A stretch of DNA of 64,000 nucleotides from an uncultured Melioribacter sp. (GTDB lineage Bacteria > Bacteroidota > Ignavibacteria > Kapaibacteriales > Kapaibacteriaceae). Shown in pieces: positions 10,648 to 20,351 of this stretch (position 1 is its first letter; every line of letters begins with the position of its first letter). The stretch lies in contig CAYMTW010000004.1 of assembly GCA_964393485.1 (NCBI GenBank), positions 1,863-65,862 of the forward strand, written 5' to 3'. The position numbers and the translations under genes are program-made. A model generated the notes under the pieces. The model was given only the letters and a program-made list of their open reading frames with translations. It did no database searches and had not been told where the DNA came from.

Positions 10648-13600
10648 ATGCGCACAATGGCCCTTCTTCTGACTATGCTCTTGGCTGCGTCTGTCTTGAT
10701 CGCATCTGACGAGGAGAACGAAGAGCGCTTTCCGGATGATGTGCGTCATGTTGCCTCACGCTGGTACCAAATGGTGGAGGCTGAGCACGGCAACGTCTTC
10801 GACGTTATGCAGGCGATGCGCGAAGACTCTACACTTCACACGTCGCATCGGTGTCGTCAACGTCGCAAGGCCGAACACTGGATCGCACAGCGCCGTCCCC
10901 ATGCCGATGCTAGCGGCCGCATAGGCCCATTGCAGCCATCGTTGGCGGAGATCGATGCCGAGCGCACTCATAGATCAAAGATCGCTGAATCGTCGCAGGC
11001 TGAGCAGCCGCGATGGGAGGGAATCGGTCCTTTTGGTTGGGACTCCTCCGCAGTCCTAGCCACCGGCTCACAGGGGATCGGCGTAGTTCGCACGCACCTT
11101 GTTCTGCCCGATGACCGCCGTGTGATCTTGGCCGGAACGGTCTCGGCAGGGATGTGGAGAAGCTCGGATGCCGGACGCACCTGGACTGGAATCGCCCAGG
11201 ATGAGCCTATCACCTGGGTTAGCCGCTTTGCTGTTTCGGGACAGCACATCTATGCGGCCACCACGGCAGGACTGTATGTCTCCGTGGATAGGGGACTAAC
11301 CTTCAAGCGCCTGACCCTGAGCGGTGATGTAGCTCTATCGCAGGCAATAGCTGTCGATCTCTGCATTGTTGATCCGAATGATCACCGTCGAATAGTGATC
11401 TCTGCGATCAACCGCCTTTTCCTATCCACCGACGCTGGTGCTTCGTGGAAGTCTGCGAGTAACATGATCGGCACATGGTGGGATCTTGCCTGGCATCCGA
11501 CGCGATCAGATGTGGCCTATGGCCTGGTTCAGGTCGGCGGACACATCAGCTTTGCCCGCTCGACAAGCTCAGGGGTGAAGTTCAATCCGACAGGGCAGGG
11601 ATATCCGGCCGCACGAGACGACGCGCAAATGCTTCGCGCTCTGATTGGCGTTACGCCTGCCGATCCACGTATGGTAGCCGTCATGATCGGCGGAAAGACG
11701 GTATCCGATGTCGGCGGCGTGTACGGTCTTTACGTGTCCACAGACGAGGGTTCAACGTTCGAGCATCGCTGCTGTGGTAGCAACGATGGGCCAGAACCAC
11801 CGAACAAGGATACCAATCCGAACTTGTTCGACTACGACATCATGGGACAGGGGCTAGGTCAGATTACCTGGGATATGGGCTTTTCCATCTCCACCCGGGA
11901 TCCGCAGTTTATGGTCGCAGCCGGGATCTTTCCTTATCGCAGCTCCGATGGCGGCCGCACGTGGAGATCGCTGCCTGCTATGCACTACGACATACAGTCG
12001 TGCTCGATCATTGGCGACTCGGTGTGGCTTACCCATGATGGTGGGATGACGTTGAGTGCTGATCGCGGTGCGACGATCTCTGATCGCAGCAAAGGAATCT
12101 CGGCAACTGAGCTCTGGGGCTTTGGGCAATCTCATGATGGTCAGGTGATGACGATCGGAGCCTATCATCTGCCGACATTCATTCGCGACACAACGGTCTA
12201 TGCATCGGCTCGCCCAATCGATGGCTGGTATCCGTGGGCTGGCGCCGATGCCATGGGTGCCAACGTCAACCCGATCGCGACGGAGTGGATCTATGCCAAA
12301 CCTTGGAGCAATGTTCGAGCCTTGCGGACACGCTCGAAACTTTTGCCTCCGAGTTCATCGGACCTTGGTATTGACCTAGGTTACATCACGCTGAATAACA
12401 TCGGCTTTGATCCCGTTGATTACTTCCACATCGTAGCGCCAGATTATGCCAAGCAGCGATTAGTCTCCAGTAGAGATAACGCTATGTCATGGACCACACT
12501 CAAGCAGTTCACACGCTGGGTCCATCGCGTCCGCCAGCACCCTCGAAAGGGAGCTTCAATAATGGTCCTCGGCGATGATGCCCTGTGGCTTTCGAACGAT
12601 CGCGGCAGCACGTGGACCAACGCCACCCCTTCGGCATCTGTGGGGAAGGGGCAGGGCATGGTGGATATGGCCTTCGATGCCGACGATCCCCGCCACATCT
12701 ACCTGGCCTACGGTGGTAATCAGACGTCGGTGAAGGTTGTCGAATCCATCGATGCCGGCGCAACCTGGACGTCGATCAGTACAGGTCTTCCGTCGTTTGC
12801 CATCTTCACCCTCATTAGCCGCACCGGAGCACCGGGTGAACTGTATGTTGGAACGTCCTACGGCGTGTACCGTCGGACTTCTGACGGTCTGTGGGAATCC
12901 TTCGGTAAGGGGCTCCCGCTGAGCGACGTAAACTTTCTTGACATTGATCAGCCGCACGGTCTGATACGTGCTGCCACAAACCGTGGTCTCTGGCAAGCCC
13001 CGTTGCCGGCTTCAAGTACCCCGCGCGCTCAGATATCACGCAGCACAGACACCGTGCGATGTTCGCGCACACCAGTGCGCTTCGGATGTCGCTCGTCGGC
13101 ACTCGAAACGTCACGGTTCCGGCGCACATGGCATTTCCCAGGTGGTAGCCCTTCAACGTCGTCCGCTTCCGTTGTTGACGTCTTCTACCAGGCTCCTGGT
13201 TCGTACGACGCCGAGCTCATCGTGGAAAACGAGTACGGACGGGATTCCGTGCGCCTGACAGGCGCCGTGACGATGGTCCGGAGCGAGTGCGACGGATTTG
13301 ACCCCGTTGCCGGCAATGCGGCCGATCTCACGCAGCCGGGAGATCATATCACACTCGGTCGTTTTCCTCGGAAGGTGCGGGCGTTCACCTTTACGGCATG
13401 GGTCAAACCGGTAGGTATGCAGCCAAACTTCTCGGCCATACTCTGTACCGACGCCGACCCGAGCGTAGCACAGGAAGTCGGCCTGCAGTTTGTCAACGAT
13501 AACAACGAGCTTGGTTATCTCTGGACTAACGGACGTTGGTGGTGGGGCTCGGGACTCACCGTGCGACCAGATCAATGGTCACATGTGGCCCTGACGATCG

Positions 13601-14652
13601 ACAGCACCGGAGCTATGGTGTACGTCAACGGAATCCCAAGCAAGGACTATGTCAACCTGCCCCCTGCGGATCTGTCATCACTGGTGTTCAAACTCGGTAC
13701 GTACCATTACTGGAGCTCTCGCAACTTCAAGGGGCTTGTCGATGAGGTCGCGATCTACAGCCGGTGCCTGAGCACCGAGGAGATCCGCTCCGGAATGCAT
13801 CTTACAAAGCGTGGACCCGAGGATGGACTCTTGGCCTATTATCAATTCAACGAGTCTGTTGCCGGTGAGATCTATGACAAGCTCGGAGCAGGCAGTGGTC
13901 GACATGAAGCTGGTGCCGGCGTGGCCGTGTCCGAAGCTCCCGTAGCCGCTGGAAGAAGCCAGCTTAATCGGGTGAATCCCGGCGTACGCCTTGCCGCGTT
14001 CGAAGAGTTATCCGACAGCATTGTGTTCTATCAGCCATTAACGGATTCGGTTGATGTGGTGATGACACGCTTTGATCGCAATGATGGTGGACGCTTGCCG
14101 CAAGACCGCAACGTCCTTGAGGGGAGCTGGCGAAACGTTGATGTCTTTAGTCCCGCAGCCGGCGCTGAAGTCTCGTTCATCTCTGCATCGGCTGACTCCC
14201 GATATGCACCGACCGATGCTGCCTCACGGATGTATGGACTGATAACGCGATCGGGATGGGAGTACGCTCAGGCATGGTCATCAGCGCGCATCCGGGATAA
14301 CGGATCGATCCCCCTTCAAGGCCTGTCGGTTAGTGCCGCGGCGGACAGGGGTCTTTTGACGCCCCTTCAGCTGGCGGTGACTTACTCGGGTCCGGCTGTA
14401 GGAGTTCAGGAGACTGTCCATGTCGGTTCGAAGCTACGTGCCATACCACAGCCTGCCGCAGATGTGCTGGCTGTGACGTCGCCAGGTCTGATACGGCAGG
14501 TCGCGATCTATGATCTGTCGGGGCAGACGATGTTTCAAGCCACTTTCCCAGGCACGATGACAGAGCAGGGGATCGATGTTTCAAGCCTGAGGAGCGGCAC
14601 GTACGTGCTCACAGTGGATGGACTCCGTCACCTTGTCATCATTCATCGCTGA
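10648..14652 (+). CDS. T9SS-secreted multidomain protein: Asp-box/VPS10-like propellers + PKD + LamG + type A CTD
   Basis: Signal peptide; about 10 Asp boxes (RSSDAGRTW, LSTDAGASW, VSTDEGSTF, LSNDRGSTW, ESIDAGATW); PKD (WHFPGGSP..YQAPGSYDAELIV); LamG (FTFTAWVKP, WSHVALT, GLVDEVAIY); CTD (PQPA...IYDLSGQ...DVSSLRSGTYVL). Confidence 0.82.
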   Translation: MRTMALLLTMLLAASVLIASDEENEERFPDDVRHVASRWYQMVEAEHGNVFDVMQAMREDSTLHTSHRCRQRRKAEHWIAQRRPHADASGRIGPLQPSLAEIDAERTHRSKIAESSQAEQPRWEGIGPFGWDSSAVLATGSQGIGVVRTHLVLPDDRRVILAGTVSAGMWRSSDAGRTWTGIAQDEPITWVSRFAVSGQHIYAATTAGLYVSVDRGLTFKRLTLSGDVALSQAIAVDLCIVDPNDHRRIVISAINRLFLSTDAGASWKSASNMIGTWWDLAWHPTRSDVAYGLVQVGGHISFARSTSSGVKFNPTGQGYPAARDDAQMLRALIGVTPADPRMVAVMIGGKTVSDVGGVYGLYVSTDEGSTFEHRCCGSNDGPEPPNKDTNPNLFDYDIMGQGLGQITWDMGFSISTRDPQFMVAAGIFPYRSSDGGRTWRSLPAMHYDIQSCSIIGDSVWLTHDGGMTLSADRGATISDRSKGISATELWGFGQSHDGQVMTIGAYHLPTFIRDTTVYASARPIDGWYPWAGADAMGANVNPIATEWIYAKPWSNVRALRTRSKLLPPSSSDLGIDLGYITLNNIGFDPVDYFHIVAPDYAKQRLVSSRDNAMSWTTLKQFTRWVHRVRQHPRKGASIMVLGDDALWLSNDRGSTWTNATPSASVGKGQGMVDMAFDADDPRHIYLAYGGNQTSVKVVESIDAGATWTSISTGLPSFAIFTLISRTGAPGELYVGTSYGVYRRTSDGLWESFGKGLPLSDVNFLDIDQPHGLIRAATNRGLWQAPLPASSTPRAQISRSTDTVRCSRTPVRFGCRSSALETSRFRRTWHFPGGSPSTSSASVVDVFYQAPGSYDAELIVENEYGRDSVRLTGAVTMVRSECDGFDPVAGNAADLTQPGDHITLGRFPRKVRAFTFTAWVKPVGMQPNFSAILCTDADPSVAQEVGLQFVNDNNELGYLWTNGRWWWGSGLTVRPDQWSHVALTIDSTGAMVYVNGIPSKDYVNLPPADLSSLVFKLGTYHYWSSRNFKGLVDEVAIYSRCLSTEEIRSGMHLTKRGPEDGLLAYYQFNESVAGEIYDKLGAGSGRHEAGAGVAVSEAPVAAGRSQLNRVNPGVRLAAFEELSDSIVFYQPLTDSVDVVMTRFDRNDGGRLPQDRNVLEGSWRNVDVFSPAAGAEVSFISASADSRYAPTDAASRMYGLITRSGWEYAQAWSSARIRDNGSIPLQGLSVSAAADRGLLTPLQLAVTYSGPAVGVQETVHVGSKLRAIPQPAADVLAVTSPGLIRQVAIYDLSGQTMFQATFPGTMTEQGIDVSSLRSGTYVLTVDGLRHLVIIHR

Positions 14653-16252
14653 CGCTTCCAGCCGGCAACCCAGGACGAACCATCACGGACTGCTCGCGCT
14701 CGAGGGTGACAGCGCCAACATTCGCCCCTTTAGGTTTGCGCACAAATTTGCGCTGTGTATAGACCACCGGAACATATGAGGCGTTGCGTGCCTGTGAATA
14801 GTAGGCCGTAATGGCGGCAGCAACCTCGAGTACCTGCTTCGCGATCTTCGGTCCAGTCACACCGCGCAGCACAGCGTGTGAGCCACTGGCCCCGCGCACG
14901 TGCATCCACCAGTCGTTCTGCCGAGCAAACTTCATCGTCAGTTCGTCGTTATTCGCTGCGCTGCGCCCAACGTAGAGGGTATGATCGGCGTCGATCTGAA
15001 AGACACGGAACTTCCCGGCCGCAGCCGATGTCGTTGCTCTGGAGTCATCAGTCATGGGTCTGCTTGGTTTGGAAAGATCACTGAGTGATGCTGCTTCGAG
15101 GAGCTTCGTTCGCTGCTCCCGCAGGGTGTCAAGCTGGAGTTGCAGAGCCGGTAGACGTTTCTCGCGCGTGCGCGCAGCGATCTCGGCGTTGCGGGCCTTG
15201 TGATAGTACGCCGTGGCATTGTCGAGCAATGAACGGTCGGCACGAAGTGGAATCAGGTCGCTTGTCAGGCTGGAAACATTCATTGACTCGAGACACTCCA
15301 AGCCCTGGCGTTGCAGATTCGGTTGCGACATGATGGTGTCTGCCCAAGAGCGGTAGAGTGCCGGCCGCTCGGGTGCCTTGGCATCAGCCTCTACAGCCTG
15401 GAGCGTTCTCTCGGTGCGGGTGATCTGGGCATCAAGTACGCGCAATCGTGATCGCCGTTCGTTGACGAACGCACGGTGCGCGTGACGCAGTACTGATGCT
15501 CGACGAACAGCCTCAAGAACATCATCAGATTCCTCGTTGACCGTCCAACCCTGCAGAGGTGAAAGCGAGAACAGTCGCTCATCGCCCCGTGCTAAAAGAA
15601 GAAATCGAGGTTCAAATCGGCATTGGCCGATCAGATCCTCGGCCCCCTGCAAGAGGTTGTTGCGTTGCTGACTTGTTAGCGTACCAACGATGGCCTGTGT
15701 GTCAATGCCACATCGATGGCAGACCTCTTCGGCATAGTGCCTGCCCATGCGCAGACAACTGGATGCCACATCGCTTGCAACTGTTGAGTCATTTGTGGAA
15801 AGGGGCTCATGCATCTCCCGAGGAACGATCAGATAATCGCTCTCGAGCCGCTCAAGGCGATTATGGAGAGCATCGACTATGCACCCGTCCAGCGTGAGAA
15901 CGATGTTGCCTTTGCCGGCACTGAAAAGCTCGACATGCATTACGTGGCGGTCGAAGACAAAGCTGATGACGCGATCATCCTGCTGCTTCGCAACCACGGC
16001 CAGGTTCTGACCGACCAATTCCGGAAAAATGTCTCGGCTGTTTCGATGCGCTCGACGAAGAGATGTTCGCTCCGAGATACAGGCACCATCGGATGATACG
16101 TCGATGACAATTGATCGCTCGCGCGAGCCCCCTTCAAAGACAAGAGCCGCAACATGCTTTTCCTGGGACCATGCTGCCGTCAAGCGGGACGATGACAGAA
16201 GCTGGTGCAACGCACGAGCAACATGCTCTAGCGTGAGGTGGTGACTGGTCAC
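14639..16252 (-). CDS. rqcH: NFACT/Rqc2-family ribosome quality-control protein
   Basis: NFACT-N with DR motif (DDRVI) and ELF-x-G-x-GNI, coiled coil (NATAYYHKAR), NFACT-R (YVGRSAANNDEL, DWWMHVRGASGSH, VYTQRKFVRKPKG). Confidence 0.88.
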   Translation of the reverse strand: MTSHHLTLEHVARALHQLLSSSRLTAAWSQEKHVAALVFEGGSRERSIVIDVSSDGACISERTSLRRAHRNSRDIFPELVGQNLAVVAKQQDDRVISFVFDRHVMHVELFSAGKGNIVLTLDGCIVDALHNRLERLESDYLIVPREMHEPLSTNDSTVASDVASSCLRMGRHYAEEVCHRCGIDTQAIVGTLTSQQRNNLLQGAEDLIGQCRFEPRFLLLARGDERLFSLSPLQGWTVNEESDDVLEAVRRASVLRHAHRAFVNERRSRLRVLDAQITRTERTLQAVEADAKAPERPALYRSWADTIMSQPNLQRQGLECLESMNVSSLTSDLIPLRADRSLLDNATAYYHKARNAEIAARTREKRLPALQLQLDTLREQRTKLLEAASLSDLSKPSRPMTDDSRATTSAAAGKFRVFQIDADHTLYVGRSAANNDELTMKFARQNDWWMHVRGASGSHAVLRGVTGPKIAKQVLEVAAAITAYYSQARNASYVPVVYTQRKFVRKPKGANVGAVTLEREQSVMVRPGLPAGSVSDE

Positions 16253-19023
16253 GACCTTGTCCGCTTTCGCTTCTTGGTCTGGGCGCTCGTGACCACATTA
16301 GCCAATGCATGCGGCAGAATGTCGATCACGAGGCGCAGATCCCGGCGACGCATCTCATCGAGTTTCTTGAACCAGATGCCAAACACTTTCACGTCGCGCT
16401 TTGTTGTGTCTGCTGCGGCTAGCAGCCGCATGAGACTTCGCGCAATTCGAGGGTCGGTGCATTGATCGATCGTTTCGAGGATCGTGGATGCTGGGCGCCG
16501 CTGACCCCGCGTGATTCCCTCTACGGCAGCCATACGGACGATCTGAAGTGAGTCTGAGAGAGCGCCAGCAAGAACCTCAAGGGCATCAGGATGTCGCCTG
16601 CCAGCATGATAGGCCGCCCGTTGGCGTACATACGGATGCGCATCTGAACAGTTTGCTGCAAGGGAACATACCGAGGCGGAATCATCAATCTCCCCAATCG
16701 TCGCCGCTGCCAGGCGTCGGCGTTTCCACGAAGAGTCGGCAAGCATCCGGGTCAGGCGGGGCAGGGCCTCTCGGCACTTGACCTTGCCGATGACGGTCGC
16801 TGCCATGGCAAGCTCTGTCATGGATGTGCTTTCCAGCTTACGTAGCAGGAGCGCTGTCGTCGAATCCCGATCGGACTGATAGATCTGCGGTAGGGCGATC
16901 TCCAGGGTAAGGCGCTCACGAGGCATCTGGGTGCCAAACTTCATTGACAGGAAGTTCAGCGCTTGTAGCGAGCGTTTTCCCAGTTCGGCCCGAGCCGGTG
17001 CAACGGCATTCTGGAATCTCAGGTGGGATGCCGAGGCCTGCACAAACAAGCTGTCGACGCTGGAGGTCAGCGTCACTGGCACGGATCTCTCAGGCGCCAC
17101 TGGTGCCGACGTTGAGGCCTGCAGGCCGAGGTCGGCAAATACCCCATAGCTGGACTTCATCGTCACCGTGTCGTTGCGCGTGGTCTCTCCATACCGGTCG
17201 CTGCCTTCGACATCGACGAACAGACCGATCATGCCGTAACCGCGCCGCATATCCGAGTATCCAAGCGTGTTGATGATGTTCGAGGCGCTGTAGGCATCGT
17301 TGCCTTTCACGTCAACAAGGATCGACACTGCATTCGCATTGCCAGAACCAAGAGAAAGGCTTTCACAGACGTACACATCATCGCCGCGTTCATCGATCAG
17401 AATACCCGTAGCGATATCATGACCGCAGCCTTGAGAAACGCCATGCGAGCGGTAGGTGTCGTTGCCTTCAACATCATGGAACACTCCTACAGCGAAATGA
17501 ACGCCTGAACCCTGAGCGTACTGATAGGCATCGTATCGATCGTCTCCGGCAAGGTCCACAAGAGCTCCCAAGCCGTACCAATATCCCGTGCCCTGACCGT
17601 AGATATCACACGAGTAGAGGTCATTGCCGGCGGCATCGACGAGAAGTCCGATCCCGCCGGACATTGCAGGTCGTGAACCCAGTGCAGCACCCTGCACGAA
17701 TGAAACCTGATGATCATCATATCGCAGGACATCGGCAAAGGGGCTTACGGCGATATAGCGGTCATTTCCCGCACCGTCAGCCAGAACACCGGCGCCATTG
17801 GTGGCACCAAATGCCTGGGCCTGTGCGGCACATACATAAAGGTCATGTCCGGAGCCGTCAATGAGCATGCCGATTCCGACAATGCCAGCCCCCTGACAGT
17901 TGGTGCGTCCGCGATAGACGTCATTACCGGCGACGTCATGAAGGATGCCAATACCATAGAGTCCCGAACCAAGAGAATAATCTCCACCCTGGTATTCGTC
18001 GTTGCCAGCCTTGTCGATGAGAACGTCAGCACCGAATGCGCCGCTGCCCAGCGTGTAGTCTCCGCCTCGGTAAACATCATCGCCGGAGAAGTCGACGATG
18101 TAGCGCGTGTGCTGTGACCTGTCACGTGCCGATAGGTTGTACGTGTCATTGCCGCCGAGGTCGATGATGCAGGCATACTCGCCGGTGTATGTATCGGCCC
18201 CAGTCCCACCGATGGCAACACGACCGTAGCGGGTGGATAGGGTTATGGTGCTGACCGATTCACTCAAGATGTCGAGTGCCCTCGAGGTTTCGTCCATCAG
18301 ATGCAGAAGATCGGCATACAGGGAAGCCCCCTGTGAGCAGATCGTCGAAACGACCGCTGTGTCAATGCTCTGACTGACACGTTGCACCGCTGCACGTCCT
18401 ATACCTTCTTGCTCGTAGATCTGCCAGAGCGATAGCTCTTCTTCTCCCGGAGAAAGCCGCCAGAGGGAATCGAGCTCGTTCTGAAGATCGCCGAGGCTGC
18501 GCTGTCGATTGCGCGCACTCTCGACGGCCTCATGGGCACCGATGAACGCGCCCACAAAGCGAATGACTAGTATCCGAAGTGGCGTGCTGAGACTGTCCAG
18601 ACCTGCTACGATGTTGCGCTGACGCAGGTCATCCAGTGTGATGATATTGCCGTGAAATGTTCGTCGCAAGGCGGCTAGTCCTACACCCTGCATGAGGCCG
18701 TCGATGGCGTCGAGCATTTCGTGCACTCGCGCAGTTGACAGCGCCGTCGACATTGAGTCGGTCCACGTAAACACCGAGATTGGATCTGTGAACAGCCGAT
18801 CATGAAAGGGGCTTCTATGCCTATCGCGATCGATAAGGTCTGCCGGCATGGCAAGATCAATGCGACTCATGCCAAGGAGCGAAAGGGCAGTATCGACGCA
18901 GTGGGTAAGGTCCTTCGTCGATTGGCGTCGTGCCGAATCCCGAGACACTTGGGCATCAGCAGTAGGTGCGACCAGAAGTAGTAGGAGGGCGAAGAACAAA
19001 CACCAAGGATACAGGCGCATCAC
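16249..19023 (-). CDS. Exported protein with 12 DxxG[ND]DxY-type putative Ca-binding repeats and C-terminal HEAT repeats
   Basis: Signal peptide; repeats such as IIDLGGNDTY, LIDKAGNDEY, LVDLAGDDRY; HEAT-like units (DSSWKRRRLAAATIGEI, DAHPYVRQRAAYHAG, DSLQIVRMAAVEGI). Confidence 0.7.
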   Translation of the reverse strand: MMRLYPWCLFFALLLLLVAPTADAQVSRDSARRQSTKDLTHCVDTALSLLGMSRIDLAMPADLIDRDRHRSPFHDRLFTDPISVFTWTDSMSTALSTARVHEMLDAIDGLMQGVGLAALRRTFHGNIITLDDLRQRNIVAGLDSLSTPLRILVIRFVGAFIGAHEAVESARNRQRSLGDLQNELDSLWRLSPGEEELSLWQIYEQEGIGRAAVQRVSQSIDTAVVSTICSQGASLYADLLHLMDETSRALDILSESVSTITLSTRYGRVAIGGTGADTYTGEYACIIDLGGNDTYNLSARDRSQHTRYIVDFSGDDVYRGGDYTLGSGAFGADVLIDKAGNDEYQGGDYSLGSGLYGIGILHDVAGNDVYRGRTNCQGAGIVGIGMLIDGSGHDLYVCAAQAQAFGATNGAGVLADGAGNDRYIAVSPFADVLRYDDHQVSFVQGAALGSRPAMSGGIGLLVDAAGNDLYSCDIYGQGTGYWYGLGALVDLAGDDRYDAYQYAQGSGVHFAVGVFHDVEGNDTYRSHGVSQGCGHDIATGILIDERGDDVYVCESLSLGSGNANAVSILVDVKGNDAYSASNIINTLGYSDMRRGYGMIGLFVDVEGSDRYGETTRNDTVTMKSSYGVFADLGLQASTSAPVAPERSVPVTLTSSVDSLFVQASASHLRFQNAVAPARAELGKRSLQALNFLSMKFGTQMPRERLTLEIALPQIYQSDRDSTTALLLRKLESTSMTELAMAATVIGKVKCREALPRLTRMLADSSWKRRRLAAATIGEIDDSASVCSLAANCSDAHPYVRQRAAYHAGRRHPDALEVLAGALSDSLQIVRMAAVEGITRGQRRPASTILETIDQCTDPRIARSLMRLLAAADTTKRDVKVFGIWFKKLDEMRRRDLRLVIDILPHALANVVTSAQTKKRKRTRS

Positions 19024-20351
19024 TACATCCTCATCAGTGTCTTGAGATCCTCAGCAAGCCTCGGATTGATTTGTTCCAGAATCGCCAGCAGTTGTTCGGC
19101 ACGATCACGACGGTTCGACCGCAAGTAGCATCGTGCAGCATGGTAGAGAACGATTGGGCTTGATGTGAACCTCTCTACATCACGATCGATGAATCCTGCC
19201 GCATCGGCACACCGATCGGCATCAAAGCACGTTCGCAATCGTTCTGCGCGGTAGACCTGCGAGGTGTCCGTGATCTGTATGGCCTGAGCGTGGGCGCGCA
19301 GCGCCTCGGAGAAATTGCCGAGCTTACGGTAAAGAAGTGCAAGCGCATGGTACGAATCGCCAGCAAAGAGTGCCGATGTCGTTGCACAGCGTCGGTAGGT
19401 CTGGATCGCATCCTCGGAAAAGCCCAGAGCATCATATACACGGGCCAGGTTGTAGTAGGCCTCGGAGTAATTCGGCTTGATGGCGATAGCCTTGCGCAGC
19501 GAGCGTACGGCCGAGTCCATCTGCATGACCTCGGTCTGTAGCAGACCGAGATTGTACCACGCCATGGCATCATCGGGAGCGATGGACAGGTACTGACGGG
19601 CAACATCGATGGCTTCTTTGGTGCGCCCCTTGTCCTGCAGGGCGGCCGTCTGCAGGAGATAGGCCGACGGAGCCCGACTACCCAGAGCCACGGCACGTTC
19701 GAGAAATGGGAGTGCCTGCTCGGCACGCTGCGCAGCGATCAGTGTTTCACCAGCGAGTAACTGCGCTGAAGGATCATCGGGCCGCAGTTCTGCGCCCCGC
19801 GAGGCAAGCTCGGATGCCTCGGCACTGCGTTGCACACGCATGTAGCAACGCGTGAGTTGCTGCATGATGGCAACGTTGTCCGGTCGTCGGAACATGGACT
19901 CTTCGAGGTGCGTGATGGCCTCGCCACAGCGTCCAAGCGTCGCAAGGGTCATTCCGAGAGCCATCGATGGCTCAGCCGAATCTGGCGCAATGGCATGAGC
20001 TGACGAAAACATGCCGATAGCCTCTCCTGGACGACCCAATCGCATGAGGCAGTCGGCCGCGATCATGTGTGGCTGGTAGGCGTTGGGATTGGTGGCAATT
20101 GCTTTTCGAGACTCCTCAAGTGCCTGGGCTGGACGATTTTGCCGCAGAAGAGCCACCGAGAGAACAATCAATCGCTCTATATCCTTGGGGTTTCTTTGTA
20201 CTTCCGACCGTACGGTCGTTTCAACCAGTTTCCAGTTTCCAGAGGTGATGGCCTTGCGCACGGCAGGAGACACCTGCTGACCGAGTGAGCTGGTCAGAGG
20301 AATGATCAGGAGGGATACGAGGGCTAGGATTGATCTTCGAGCGGCATTCAT
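19023..20351 (-). CDS. Exported tetratricopeptide-repeat protein
   Basis: Signal-like N-terminus from ATG 20351, which overlaps the ribD stop; consecutive TPRs (AWYNLG, AYYNLARVY). Confidence 0.8.
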   Translation of the reverse strand: MNAARRSILALVSLLIIPLTSSLGQQVSPAVRKAITSGNWKLVETTVRSEVQRNPKDIERLIVLSVALLRQNRPAQALEESRKAIATNPNAYQPHMIAADCLMRLGRPGEAIGMFSSAHAIAPDSAEPSMALGMTLATLGRCGEAITHLEESMFRRPDNVAIMQQLTRCYMRVQRSAEASELASRGAELRPDDPSAQLLAGETLIAAQRAEQALPFLERAVALGSRAPSAYLLQTAALQDKGRTKEAIDVARQYLSIAPDDAMAWYNLGLLQTEVMQMDSAVRSLRKAIAIKPNYSEAYYNLARVYDALGFSEDAIQTYRRCATTSALFAGDSYHALALLYRKLGNFSEALRAHAQAIQITDTSQVYRAERLRTCFDADRCADAAGFIDRDVERFTSSPIVLYHAARCYLRSNRRDRAEQLLAILEQINPRLAEDLKTLMRM

